Assembly (NCBI RefSeq): GCF_001458695.1
Contig: NZ_LN885086.1
Location: 150,001 to 182,000, forward strand
From: Candidatus Nitrospira inopinata
GTDB lineage: Bacteria > Nitrospirota > Nitrospiria > Nitrospirales > Nitrospiraceae
Length of the DNA: 32,000 bases
Direction of reading: 5' to 3'
The notes beneath the pieces were generated by a model, which saw only the letters and a list, made by a program, of their open reading frames with translations, had not been told where the DNA came from and did no database searches. Position numbers and translations under genes: made by a program. Positions 1 through 8,740 of this stretch are shown here, piece after piece. The first letter of the stretch is position 1. Every line of letters starts with the position of its first letter.

Positions 1-2285
1 CCGAATTTGACGAAGTCGTTGATGTAGAACGTGCCGAAGTACGCTTGCAACGTGTCGAAAATATCGGAGATGGGGATGCCCAACGCCTTCGCCCGCTCGC
101 GATTCACATGGGCGAAGAGCCGCGGAGACGACACCCGAAAATTGGTTCCGATTCGTCCGATTGCCGGCTCTTGCTGCGCCCGCTCCACGAACTGTTGCGC
201 CACGGCGGCGAACTGCTTGAAGTCGCCCCCGGTCGGGTCCTGCAATTGAGCCGAGAACCCTCCGACCACGCCCACGCCGCGAATCGGGGGCGGATTGAAG
301 GCCAGGAGCAACGCCTCGGGGATCTTCGCGAACTCGCCATAGGCCGCCCCCACCATCGCCTTGGCGTGATACTGAGGCTCGGGCCGTTCATCCCACAGCA
401 CCAGCGGCACGAACATGGTCGCCGCGTTGGGCCCCCTGGTGCCGAACACGAAGTTCTGGCCCGACAGCGCGTCCGTCGAATGGACGGCTGGAATCGCCTG
501 GAAGAACCGTTCGACCCGCTCAAGCACCGCGTCGGTGCGTTGCTTGGACGCGCCGTCCGGCAATTGCGCCACCACGATAAAGTACCCTTGATCTTCCTCC
601 GGCAGGAAACTTTGCGGAAGCCGCTCAAACAGTCCGACGGACAGAGTCACAAGCCCGCCGAACGTCAACATCACCAACACCGGCCTCGCCACCAACTTGC
701 CGACCGACCAGGCGTATCCCTGTTGCGCCCGGCCGAAGACGCGATCGAAGAAGCGCCAAAACCAACTCCGCTCTCCAGGGTGGTGAGTCAGAACCACCGC
801 GCACAGGGCCGGGCTCAACGTCAAGGCCACGAACCCCGAGACCGTCACCGAGATGGCGATCGTCGCCGCGAACTCCTTGTACAGCGCCCCGGTCACTCCG
901 CCGATAAAGCCGACGGGCACAAAGACGGAAACGAGCACCAGCACGATGGAGATGATCGGCGTGGTCACTTCGGTCATGGCCCGCTTGGCCGCTTCTTTGG
1001 GCGACAGCCGATCCTCCCGCATGTGGCGCTCGACGTTCTCCACGACCACGATCGCGTCATCGACGACGATCCCGATGGCCAAGACCATGCCGAACAGCGT
1101 GATGGTGTTGATGGAAAAGCCCAGGGCGGCCAACCCGATGAATGTCCCGATCAACGAAACCGGCACGGCCAGGATGGGAATAACCGTGGCGCGCCAACTC
1201 TGGAGAAACAGATACACGACGAGAACGACGAGCATCATCGCCTCGCCCAGCGTCTTGACCACTTCCTTGATGGAAATCTCGATAAACCTGGTCGTGTCGT
1301 AGGGAACGTCGTAGGACATGCCGGGAGGAAAATGTTTGGCCAGCTCGTCCATCTGCTCGCGCGTGCGACGCACCGTATCGAGCGCGTTCGCCCCCGGCGC
1401 AAGGAACGTCAAGATGAACGTGGTGGGTTTGCTGTTCCAACGACCCTCCAGCGAGTAGGACTGCGCTCCCAACTCGACTCGAGCCACGTCCTTGAGCCGG
1501 ACGAGCGAGCCGTCCGGCAGCGCCCGCACGATCAGCTCCTCGAATTCTTTGACGTCCGTGAGCCGTCCCTTGGTGATGATGGGAATCGTCAGTTCCGTTC
1601 CCTTCGGAGCCGGCTCGCGCCCGATCGTTCCCGCCGGATAGTCCCGATTCTGTTCGCGGATCGTGTTGATGATGTCGCTCGGCGTGAGGTCAAGCCGCGC
1701 CATGAGGATCGGATTCAGGATGATCCGCATGCTGTATTGCTGCTGGCCGAACACCAGCGCGTCGCCGACGCCTTTGACCCGTTTCAAATCGTCGACGAGT
1801 CGCAGCGTCGCGTAGTTGGAAAGATACACGGCGTCGTGCGTCGGATCGGTGGACTTGAGCGCGATGACGATCACCAGGTCCGGAGACAGTTTTTTGACCG
1901 AGATGCCCTGCCGGACCACTTCGGGCGGAAGCTGCGGCTCGGCCAGCTTCTGCCGATTTTGCGTCTGCACCTGCGCCATGTCAGGATCCGTCCCGATCTC
2001 GAACGTGAGCTTGATCGAGACGTGCCCGTCGTTGCTGCTGGTCGATTCGAAATACAACAGATTATCGACGCCGGGGAGCGTGACTTCGATCGGGCGCGCC
2101 ACCGCCTCGGCCGCGACTTCGGCGCTCGCGCCAGGATAGTCGGCGTCGATCTGCACCACCGGCGGGGTGATTTCAGGAAACTGCGCGATCGGCAGAAATC
2201 GCATGGCCAGGAGCCCCATCACCACGATCACGATGGAGACCACCGAGGCCGTAATCGGTCGATCGATGAACGTGTGCGAAATCAC
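1..2285 (-). CDS. RND (AcrB/HAE1-type) efflux permease. The N-terminal ~761 codons are present and the 3' end runs off the left edge.
   Basis: Absent from the ORF track because its stop lies outside the window. The reverse complement of ~2285->2160 reads (GTG)ISHTFIDRPITASVVSIVIVVMGLLAMRFLPIAQFPEITPPVVQIDADYPG, a typical AcrB N-terminus/TM1. The reverse complement of 120->1 reads LFAHVNRERAKALGIPISDIFDTLQAYFGTFYINDFVKFG, an AcrB-family motif. The GTG start lies 3 nt after the adaptor stop. The 889-aa plus-strand ORF 45..2714 is its antisense shadow. Confidence 0.85.
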   Translation of the reverse strand, partial: MISHTFIDRPITASVVSIVIVVMGLLAMRFLPIAQFPEITPPVVQIDADYPGASAEVAAEAVARPIEVTLPGVDNLLYFESTSSNDGHVSIKLTFEIGTDPDMAQVQTQNRQKLAEPQLPPEVVRQGISVKKLSPDLVIVIALKSTDPTHDAVYLSNYATLRLVDDLKRVKGVGDALVFGQQQYSMRIILNPILMARLDLTPSDIINTIREQNRDYPAGTIGREPAPKGTELTIPIITKGRLTDVKEFEELIVRALPDGSLVRLKDVARVELGAQSYSLEGRWNSKPTTFILTFLAPGANALDTVRRTREQMDELAKHFPPGMSYDVPYDTTRFIEISIKEVVKTLGEAMMLVVLVVYLFLQSWRATVIPILAVPVSLIGTFIGLAALGFSINTITLFGMVLAIGIVVDDAIVVVENVERHMREDRLSPKEAAKRAMTEVTTPIISIVLVLVSVFVPVGFIGGVTGALYKEFAATIAISVTVSGFVALTLSPALCAVVLTHHPGERSWFWRFFDRVFGRAQQGYAWSVGKLVARPVLVMLTFGGLVTLSVGLFERLPQSFLPEEDQGYFIVVAQLPDGASKQRTDAVLERVERFFQAIPAVHSTDALSGQNFVFGTRGPNAATMFVPLVLWDERPEPQYHAKAMVGAAYGEFAKIPEALLLAFNPPPIRGVGVVGGFSAQLQDPTGGDFKQFAAVAQQFVERAQQEPAIGRIGTNFRVSSPRLFAHVNRERAKALGIPISDIFDTLQAYFGTFYINDFVKF

Positions 2286-2288
2286 GGC

Positions 2289-3503
2289 TTACCCTTGTCC
2301 GGAGGCGGGAAAAGGCGCTTCGCTTGGCTGCGAACCCATGGGTGCGGCGGGGGGCACGGCAGGAAGCGCGGCTGGCACGGCCTTGACCGGCACGCCCGGC
2401 GCGATCCGCATCATGCCGTTGACAACCACCCGATCGCCGGCCTTCAATCCCTGATCGATCAGCCACTGCGTCCCTTTCCAATCCGACGCCATGACCGGAC
2501 GCATTTCGATTTTTTCTTCGCCGTTCACAACGAAGACGAATTGGCCCGCCGGACTGTGCAACACCGCCCGCTGCGGAATGAGAATGGCTTCGCTCTTGAC
2601 GTCCCCCTTGAAACGAACCTTGACGAACTGGCCCGGCAACAAGGTTCGATTGGGATTGGGGAACGTCATCCGGACCTCACGGGCCCCCGTTTCCGTCCGC
2701 AGGCCCGGCTCTAACAGATCCAGCACGCCCTCTTGGGGATAGACGGTGTCGTCCATCAAGGTGAGCACGCCCCGCAATTTGTAGACGCCGGGGTGTTGAA
2801 TGCGCTTCGCCTCGATATCGCGTTTTCGTTTCAGGATAAAGGTCTCCGGCACGCTGACGACGACGTACATCGGATCGACCTGGTGAATGACGGTCAGCAA
2901 ATCGGTTTGCGCCGACACCAATCGCCCCTCGTAAAAGCGGCTCCGTTCGATCAGTCCGTTGATCGGCGCCGTAATCGACGTATTGTCCAGATCGAACTGC
3001 GCCTTGATGAGCTCGGCTTGCGCGGCTTGAAGCTGCGCCCTCGCGGCCAGCTCCTGCGCCACCGCGTCATCGACGTCTTTTTGGCTCACGGCCTGCTCCG
3101 CCAGCAACGGCCTGACGCGGGCAAGATCTTGCGTTGCTTGGACCAATCGCGCTTCCGCTTGCGCGATCTTGGCCTTGGCGGCGGCCGCCGCCGCTTGAAA
3201 CGGCACCGGATCGATTTGATAGAGCCGGTCGCCCTTTTTCACATCGCGCCCCTCTCGATAGAGGACCGCTTTCAAAATGCCGGTCACCTGCGATCGAATC
3301 TCGACCGGTCGCGACGCCTCCGCCTGGCCGATGAATTCGGGCTCGTCCGGAACGGGCTGCGTCGAGACCGTGATAACCTCGACCTGCGGAATATCCTGCG
3401 CCGGCATCGAGCCGGCTTCCTGTTTGCAACCGGCCGCAAACATCAGCAGACTCCCGACCAGAACGACAACAACGGATGCGGACGGCATGTTCATGGGTAC
3501 CAC
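2289..3503 (-). CDS. Efflux RND transporter periplasmic adaptor (membrane fusion protein), lipoprotein
   Basis: 404-aa ORF. It has a lipoprotein signal (LLMFAAGC), an Ala/Gln-rich coiled-coil hairpin (AAAAAAKAKIAQAEARLVQATQDLAR...LQAAQAELIKAQFDL) and beta-barrel/MP domains typical of AcrA/HlyD-family adaptors. It sits directly upstream of the RND permease. The start is ambiguous: GTG 3503, or ATG 3494/3488. Confidence 0.85.
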   Translation of the reverse strand: MVPMNMPSASVVVVLVGSLLMFAAGCKQEAGSMPAQDIPQVEVITVSTQPVPDEPEFIGQAEASRPVEIRSQVTGILKAVLYREGRDVKKGDRLYQIDPVPFQAAAAAAKAKIAQAEARLVQATQDLARVRPLLAEQAVSQKDVDDAVAQELAARAQLQAAQAELIKAQFDLDNTSITAPINGLIERSRFYEGRLVSAQTDLLTVIHQVDPMYVVVSVPETFILKRKRDIEAKRIQHPGVYKLRGVLTLMDDTVYPQEGVLDLLEPGLRTETGAREVRMTFPNPNRTLLPGQFVKVRFKGDVKSEAILIPQRAVLHSPAGQFVFVVNGEEKIEMRPVMASDWKGTQWLIDQGLKAGDRVVVNGMMRIAPGVPVKAVPAALPAVPPAAPMGSQPSEAPFPASGQG

Positions 3504-3613
3504 TCGTTCAATTTCCCGACAGACGGCGACTGGTCAGTTTACCCCTCTGGGTTCTTCGTTCTCTACTGTGCGACGACCGACAGATGATGACCCCGCCGAT
3601 CGTCGTTCGATCA

Positions 3614-4132
3614 TCATTCTTTGAACCGATAGCCGGCCTTTTCGACGGCGCGCCGCACGGTATGGATGACCGCTTCCGTATCGGAGTGGGGCATCACGGT
3701 AACGTCCGGAGCCGCTTGCAGTCTGGCCAGAATCTGTTCGGCTTCCGCGCCGGCCAACTCATCGCCCGTTGCGTACAATCCCTCCGGTCCTTCCTCGACC
3801 CCGTTATGCTCGGCAAGGATGTCGCGGAGCGTGCCGATCACCGAAGCCGTGGGCGTCGGCATGAGCAAGGACGCAATGGCGCCGTGATCGAGCCGGAGCT
3901 TGGGGGCCATGGGCCACGGACTTCCGCCCCGCCATCGCTGGATGGCCGGCAGCAGGATCTTTTCTTCCATGCCGATGTGCCGGAGAAGGCCGGCCCGGAA
4001 TCGGTCGTACGATTCACGGTCCACCCGATCCGGATCGGCAACGGCCCTCTCAAGCAACCCGTCGAGCTGCCGGTGATCTTCCACGAGGTAAGTGGCAATG
4101 GGTCCCCTCGCTCTTCCGCCTTCCTCTTCCAT
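3614..4132 (-). CDS. Hemerythrin (HHE cation-binding) domain protein
   Basis: Internal ATG at 4132 of ORF 3614..4417 (MEEEGGRARGPIATYLVEDHRQLDGLL...). It carries H/E di-iron ligand-type motifs: LLRHIGMEEKILLP, LDHGAI, AEHNGVEEG. The upstream 95 codons of the track ORF are Arg-rich and overlap the STAS gene region, so they are probably not translated. Confidence 0.7.
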   Translation of the reverse strand: MEEEGGRARGPIATYLVEDHRQLDGLLERAVADPDRVDRESYDRFRAGLLRHIGMEEKILLPAIQRWRGGSPWPMAPKLRLDHGAIASLLMPTPTASVIGTLRDILAEHNGVEEGPEGLYATGDELAGAEAEQILARLQAAPDVTVMPHSDTEAVIHTVRRAVEKAGYRFKE

Positions 4133-4206
4133 CGGCACCCTGCTCTTTTGTTGTCCCGTCTTCGTCTCTTCGTCACAAGCACCGGCGCCCGACAAAATTG
4201 ACGTCC

Positions 4207-4494
4207 TCAATCCGCGTCGCGCTTTCCCGTGATCTCCTCCACGATGCACCGAGTCAAACAACCGGAAGCACGAAGCGTCGCTCCCTCGCGCCACAGTCGA
4301 TCTAGCAACGTTTTTCCGGCGGCGTCGATGAACGTCACCCCGGATAAATCGATCACGGCCGTCCGCTGCTGACTCGCGCTCAACTGACGCCAGTAGGTGT
4401 CGAGTTCGCTCACCCACGGTCCCGTGAGGCGCCCCTCGACAATGAGCGAGATCGATTCTTCACCGACACAATAGCGTCCGGTAATTTTCAACAT
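4207..4494 (-). CDS. STAS domain protein (anti-sigma-factor-antagonist-like). The phospho-acceptor Ser position is replaced by Ala.
   Basis: 95-aa ORF with a SpoIIAA/RsbV-like pattern: ...SISLIVEGRLTGPWVSELD...AVIDLSGVTFIDAAGKTLL. AGGTGAG lies upstream of the ATG. The canonical DSSG is DAAG here. Confidence 0.7.
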   Translation of the reverse strand: MLKITGRYCVGEESISLIVEGRLTGPWVSELDTYWRQLSASQQRTAVIDLSGVTFIDAAGKTLLDRLWREGATLRASGCLTRCIVEEITGKRDAD

Positions 4495-4605
4495 GCTTGG
4501 CTCACCTGGATATCAAAATGTACCGGCCGCGGATTGCCCTCCTCTGGTCTCGCCGCATATGTCATCGGCCGGCTCTCCTTGCCGCTTTCCTTCTTGTGAA
4601 AAGAG

Positions 4606-4621
4606 AGCAATTGGCGTTCCA
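4606..4621 (-). promoter_or_regulatory. Sigma-54 (RpoN) -24/-12 promoter
   Basis: The minus strand reads TGGAACGCCAATTGCT against the consensus TGGCACG-N4-TTGCW. GG and GC are at the correct 10-nt spacing with a single mismatch. It lies ~112 nt upstream of the STAS ATG (4494) and immediately downstream of a sigma-54 activator gene. Confidence 0.65.
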
Positions 4622-4861
4622 AGAAGCTTTCCCCGCGTCGCAGGGCAACGAGACGCGCGACATTCCGCCAAGTCCGGTCCCCTGTTCGACACCTGACCGC
4701 ATCAAACACCGGGCAAGAGCAGCCGGCAACTGCCGACGCGACGGCACAGCGCCGATCTGTCGGCGCTCGGCCGGCGGCCGGCGCTGAACAACCATTGACG
4801 CTACCGGGAAAGCCATTGTCGGGCAATGTGCCGCGGAAGGCCGAGATGGATGAGAGCCCTG

Positions 4862-6406
4862 TTAAGAAGGCCGTGAGATGCCGAGCTTTTTCATCTTGGA
4901 TTGAAGGGTGGTCCGTTTCATCCCCAATCGCGCGGCGGCCCCGGCAGGCCCGCCGATCACCCAGTCAGCCGCTTCAAGAACACGCCGGATATGGTCCCGC
5001 TCGGCCTCTTCCAAGGTGGTGGGCTGACTGACAGGTTGAGAAGCGGCCGCGGTCAGTTCCGCAAGCGGCACATAGAGGTCGGGGCCCTGGGAGAGAATGA
5101 CGGCTCGTTCGATCAAATTCTCCAACTCCCGAATATTGCCCGGCCAACTGTAGGCCGACAGAGCAGCCATCGTCTCGGCGGGAATCGTTTCGATCCGTTT
5201 GTCCATCCGACGGGCCAATTTCTGGGCAAAGTAGCGGACGAGCAAAGGAATGTCTTCCCGACGATCGCGCAGGGGAGGGAGTGTCACCGGAAAGACGTTG
5301 AGACGATAATAGAGGTCGCTCCTGAACTGTTTCTCGGCGACCATGGTGGCCAGATCTCGGTTGGTCGCCGCCAAGAGCCGAACATTGACCTTGGTAGTCT
5401 TGGTGCTGCCGAGTCGTTCAAACTCCTGTTCTTGCAGCACCCGCAGCAGTTTGGACTGCAAATCAAGGGGAATATCTCCCACCTCGTCCAAAAACAGCGT
5501 ACCGCCGTCGGCCAGTTCGAACCGGCCGATCTTTTGAGTGATCGCCCCGGTGAAAGCACCTCGTTCATGGCCGAACAATTCACTCTCCAAGAGTCCCGAT
5601 GGAATGGCCGCACAGTTCAATTTCACGAACGTCCGCTCCCGCCGTCCACTGAGGTTGTGGATGGCGCGGGCGATCAGTTCTTTGCCCGTCCCGGTCTCCC
5701 CGAGAATGAGCACGGTCGAGTCGGTCGGCGCGACGATTTCGACCTGTTTTAAGACCCGCTTCAGCGCGGGGCTCTCCCCGACGATTTTCTCGAAGTTGTA
5801 ATCGAGCCGAATTTCGTCCTCGAGGTACAGTTTCTCCTTCGCCAACTTGTCCTTGAGCTCGGCGATCTCTTTGAACGCCAACACGTTCTCCACGGCGACG
5901 GCCACTTGCTTGGCGACCAGTTGCAGAAACTCGATGTCCGCTTCACTGTAGGCTTCCTTTTCCAGACTCAGAAACCCCATGGCGCCCAACCGTCGTCTCA
6001 CCGTGGTCAGGGGAACGATGCAAAACGATTGGGCCCCATCCTCCCTCATGCACCTGACCACGTGGGGCCATCGGCATTCCTGCGACAGATCGGGCACGAG
6101 GAGCGCCTGCTGCGTTTGCCACACCAGTCCCGCAGGACTGTCATCGACCGGTCCTTCATGGCCTCCAATCAGATCGGCCGGCACGTTCGCTTGAATGGTC
6201 TGCAACCGCATGGTGTTCTTCGCAGGATCGTGCAGGGAGAGGGCGGCAAAATTGACTTGCACGACATGGGGGAGATAGCGGGCCAGGTCGCGGCACAGCT
6301 CGTCGAGATCTCGCTGCGCCGCGATCGCCTGGGTCACTTCCAACAGGCCTTGGTACCGTTCGGCCAGCCCCTCACAAGGAGAAGTCAACGCGCGCTTCAT
6401 AGGCAT
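4862..6406 (-). CDS. Sigma-54-dependent transcriptional activator (bEBP) with an N-terminal GAF domain (FhlA/NorR-like architecture)
   Basis: 514 aa. N-terminal GAF-like region, AAA+ Walker A GETGTGKE, the sigma-54 contact loop ERGAFTGA, and a C-terminal Fis-type HTH ([20 protein letters not shown]). Confidence 0.9.
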   Translation of the reverse strand: MPMKRALTSPCEGLAERYQGLLEVTQAIAAQRDLDELCRDLARYLPHVVQVNFAALSLHDPAKNTMRLQTIQANVPADLIGGHEGPVDDSPAGLVWQTQQALLVPDLSQECRWPHVVRCMREDGAQSFCIVPLTTVRRRLGAMGFLSLEKEAYSEADIEFLQLVAKQVAVAVENVLAFKEIAELKDKLAKEKLYLEDEIRLDYNFEKIVGESPALKRVLKQVEIVAPTDSTVLILGETGTGKELIARAIHNLSGRRERTFVKLNCAAIPSGLLESELFGHERGAFTGAITQKIGRFELADGGTLFLDEVGDIPLDLQSKLLRVLQEQEFERLGSTKTTKVNVRLLAATNRDLATMVAEKQFRSDLYYRLNVFPVTLPPLRDRREDIPLLVRYFAQKLARRMDKRIETIPAETMAALSAYSWPGNIRELENLIERAVILSQGPDLYVPLAELTAAASQPVSQPTTLEEAERDHIRRVLEAADWVIGGPAGAAARLGMKRTTLQSKMKKLGISRPS

Positions 6407-6481
6407 GCAGTATGACGCACCACGCGGCGCCGCCTCAAGGGGCGGAGGGATGATCGCCCCTGTTGCCGACCGCTCTGTCCG

Positions 6482-6733
6482 TCAGAGCGTCTGCCGTCTG
6501 AGGGTCTGGTGCGTGCCGTCGCAATAGGGAGGCGTCTTGGTGCGCTTGCACTGACACAAGGCCACCTCTTTCTGCTCCGTCACGGTGAACTCCACCGGCT
6601 CAAACTCCGTTCCTTGGTGAGAGCCGTCGCAAAAGGGTTGATCCCTCGACCGCCCGCAGGAACACCAGTAGTAGGTTCCCGGCTCCAACGACCGAACGGC
6701 TGGTTCTTTGGCTGCGATGCGGGGTTGTCCCAT
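6482..6733 (-). CDS. CDGSH iron-sulfur domain protein (two CDGSH motifs)
   Basis: MGQPRIAAKEP... with CSCGRSRDQPFCDGSH and CQCKRTKTPPYCDGTH. A GAGGGAGGG Shine-Dalgarno lies just upstream of ATG 6733. The longer track ORF (to 6889) adds a non-homologous N-terminus. Confidence 0.85.
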   Translation of the reverse strand: MGQPRIAAKEPAVRSLEPGTYYWCSCGRSRDQPFCDGSHQGTEFEPVEFTVTEQKEVALCQCKRTKTPPYCDGTHQTLRRQTL

Positions 6734-6907
6734 GGTTTGCCCTCCCTCTTTCAGTGGTTGGATCACCCAGAAGGGGACAAAGTATACCGTTTTCTCCTGA
6801 GCTTCGCACATCCACTTGTCAGGTTTTTCTTCTTTCTTGAATAAACCTCCGTCGGTGCTATGGCCAGACATCTGTACAGCGCACCACATTTAGTGAAAGG
6901 AGATGGC

Positions 6908-7192
6908 ATGAGGAGTATCGGTTTCATAATCATTGCGGTTGGAGTCTTTCTAGCCCTTGGGGAAGGAGGTGACCCATCGGCGTATGCAAAGACCATTGAA
7001 GCGGGAGATTCCAGTTCGAGTTGGAGTGGCACCGGTGAGCTCATGGAACTTGGCGACGGAGAACAGGTCGTCGATGGAATCAATGGAATCGTGGGAATCG
7101 TGAAGGGTGTGCTGATCTCGCGTCACAGAGACGCGAGGCAAGATGATCGTTCACTCATCCAAGCTGGCCTGTCCGGTACGCGTGAATCTTAA
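6908..7192 (+). CDS. Hypothetical secreted protein, possibly the N-terminal fragment of a split gene
   Basis: AAGGAG Shine-Dalgarno 6 nt before ATG 6908. Signal-peptide-like start MRSIGFIIIAVGVFLALG. Lies in a low-GC islet (~47-52% in the rows I counted, against ~63% in a flanking row). Confidence 0.45.
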   Translation: MRSIGFIIIAVGVFLALGEGGDPSAYAKTIEAGDSSSSWSGTGELMELGDGEQVVDGINGIVGIVKGVLISRHRDARQDDRSLIQAGLSGTRES

Positions 7193-7460
7193 TAGAACCA
7201 AGGACTTTCAAGCCATGAACGGGCTTTGCACAATCGTTGCTCACCAAGGCAAGGACATCGCCTCTGCTAGTTGTAAGTGCACAGGAAACTTGAAAGAGTG
7301 TGAGGGGGAATTTACATTGACAGGTGGGGCCGGTGGATTCACTGGCATCTCAGGGACAACTCCTTTCCAAACCAGTATCGTCTTTGAGCTACAGGAAGGG
7401 AAAACCGGCCAAGCAATCGGATATGCAGTCTGGCCGAATCTGACTTATACACTGCCCTAA
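7143..7460 (+). CDS. Hypothetical Cys-containing beta-rich protein, possibly the C-terminal fragment of the same split gene
   Basis: ORF ...CTIVAHQGKDIASASCKCTGNLKECEGEFTLTGGAGGFTGISG...GYAVWPNLTYTLP. Its frame is open from 7116 and overlaps the 3' end of ORF 6908..7192 in the +1 frame. No convincing RBS of its own. Confidence 0.4.
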   Translation: MIVHSSKLACPVRVNLNRTKDFQAMNGLCTIVAHQGKDIASASCKCTGNLKECEGEFTLTGGAGGFTGISGTTPFQTSIVFELQEGKTGQAIGYAVWPNLTYTLP

Positions 7461-7493
7461 CGATCTTCGCTGCCCGTTCCTATCCGCTTTCAA

Positions 7494-7534
7494 GGGGAGG
7501 AGCTTCCCTCAAACAAACGAAAGAAGCTCCCCCC
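7494..7534. terminator. Intergenic stem-loop between convergent genes (candidate bidirectional terminator)
   Basis: GGGGAGGAGCTTC (7494-7506) pairs with GAAGCTCCCCCC (7523-7534), giving a 12-bp stem with one bulged A and a 16-nt loop. There is no clear U-tract on either side. Confidence 0.4.
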
Positions 7535-7548
7535 GCACAAACACATAG

Positions 7549-7995
7549 CTACAAGCGTAACGGTTTGATCGGCGACAAGACCGCCGCCGGATCGTTCTTC
7601 CACAACGATTCGTCCGCGTCCACGTAGAGTTCCACTTCATTCCCGTCCGGATCGCGAAGATAGAGGCTCTGGCTGACCGTATGGTCGCTCATTCCATCGA
7701 TGGGGATCCCGGCTGCTTCAAGCTCGTTCTTGGCCGCGCGCAACTCAGCCAGACTGTCGCCGATTTTGATGCCGATGTGATAGAGCCCGCGCCGGCGGCC
7801 GACCGGAGGACCCGGCGCCTCGCCGACTTGAATCAGCAGCAGTTCATGGTGCGTGCGGCCGGACGTGAGCGCCGCCGCCAGACCATTGAAGATCCGCCCG
7901 ACTTCCTTGAAGCCCAGCAGATCGCGATAAAAGGCCAGCGACCGTTCGAGGTCCTTCACATAGAACACGACATGACCGAGATAGTGCGCTTTCAT
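7549..7995 (-). CDS. VOC family protein (glyoxalase/bleomycin-resistance/extradiol dioxygenase fold)
   Basis: MKAHYLGHVVFYVKDLERSLAFYRDLLGF...HHELLLI...LYHIGIKI...SLYLRDPDGNEVELY. A GAGGTGG Shine-Dalgarno lies upstream of ATG 7995. Confidence 0.8.
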   Translation of the reverse strand: MKAHYLGHVVFYVKDLERSLAFYRDLLGFKEVGRIFNGLAAALTSGRTHHELLLIQVGEAPGPPVGRRRGLYHIGIKIGDSLAELRAAKNELEAAGIPIDGMSDHTVSQSLYLRDPDGNEVELYVDADESLWKNDPAAVLSPIKPLRL

Positions 7996-8053
7996 CGAAC
8001 GTGCCACCTCGTTATCGAGCGGCCTCCCCATCTTCAGTCAAGGCTCGTCTCAC

Positions 8054-8740
8054 TCAACTCGCTCCGCAGATTCGACTTGCTCGCCTCGACACGGCCCCCG
8101 CTCCTTGTTTGCCGGCCGCGGCAATGGCGGTCCGCAAGACATCCGCCGGCTGTGCCCCAGTCAGCATAGATGTCCCGTTGAAGACAAAACAAGGAACCGC
8201 TCGGATGCCCAACCTGCGACCGACCGCTTCCGCCCGGCACACCTCATCCACCCCCTCGCTCCCGCCCAGAAACTCTTTCACCTCGCTTGCCGCGAGCCCC
8301 ACTTGTCCTGCTGCTTCGCTCAATGTCTCGGCACGACCGATATCGCGTCCCTCCACGAAATACAAACGAAAGAGCGTTTCCACCATGGCATCTTGCCGGC
8401 CCTGTGCCCCGGCATACCAAATCAGGCGGTGGGCAAGAAGAGTGTTCGGCGTGACCGTGATCCGGTCAAAAGCGAACGGAATCTCTTCTTCAGCCGCCAT
8501 CACCTGTTCTTCCAGCCGGCGATAGGCCTCGCGGCTTCCGAACTTGGCCTCGAGATACGCCGTCCGGTCCATTCCATCCAGCGGCATCCCAGGATTCAGT
8601 TGAAAGGGGCGCCACTGCACCGTGGTCGGCACCAAGCCGGCGAGATGCTGCAACACCCGCTCCAATCGCCGTTTCCCCACATAGCACCAGGGACAGATCA
8701 CATCGGAATAGACCTCGATCAGGACCGGATCCTGCGTCAC
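8054..8740 (-). CDS. DsbA family oxidoreductase (FrnE / 2-hydroxychromene-2-carboxylate isomerase-like)
   Basis: 228 aa with the N-terminal thioredoxin-fold motif IEVYSDVICPWCYVGKRRL. GTG start 8740 overlaps the pirin stop (GTGA). Confidence 0.8.
   Translation of the reverse strand: MTQDPVLIEVYSDVICPWCYVGKRRLERVLQHLAGLVPTTVQWRPFQLNPGMPLDGMDRTAYLEAKFGSREAYRRLEEQVMAAEEEIPFAFDRITVTPNTLLAHRLIWYAGAQGRQDAMVETLFRLYFVEGRDIGRAETLSEAAGQVGLAASEVKEFLGGSEGVDEVCRAEAVGRRLGIRAVPCFVFNGTSMLTGAQPADVLRTAIAAAGKQGAGAVSRRASRICGAS

Noticed and set aside
45-2714. 889-aa plus-strand ORF, the longest in the track
   Set aside because: It is Arg/His/Asp/Gly/Pro-rich and low-complexity with no recognisable domains. It lies exactly antisense to a minus-strand frame that translates into clear AcrB-type RND permease and adaptor sequence. 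This is a typical high-GC antisense shadow ORF.
3614-4417. Full 267-aa version of the hemerythrin ORF
   Set aside because: The first 95 codons are Arg-rich, overlap the STAS gene's 3' part and lack homology. The hemerythrin domain begins at the internal ATG 4132.
4731-4767. Inverted repeats TGCCGACGCGACGGCA and GCGCCGATCTGTCGGCGC as an intrinsic terminator of the activator gene
   Set aside because: No U-run follows on the minus strand. They are kept only as possible enhancer-binding sites within the sigma-54 finding.
6407-6481. Hairpin CCGCC-TCAAGG-GGCGG downstream of the CDGSH gene
   Set aside because: The stem is only 5 bp and no U-tract follows on the minus strand. This is insufficient to call a terminator.
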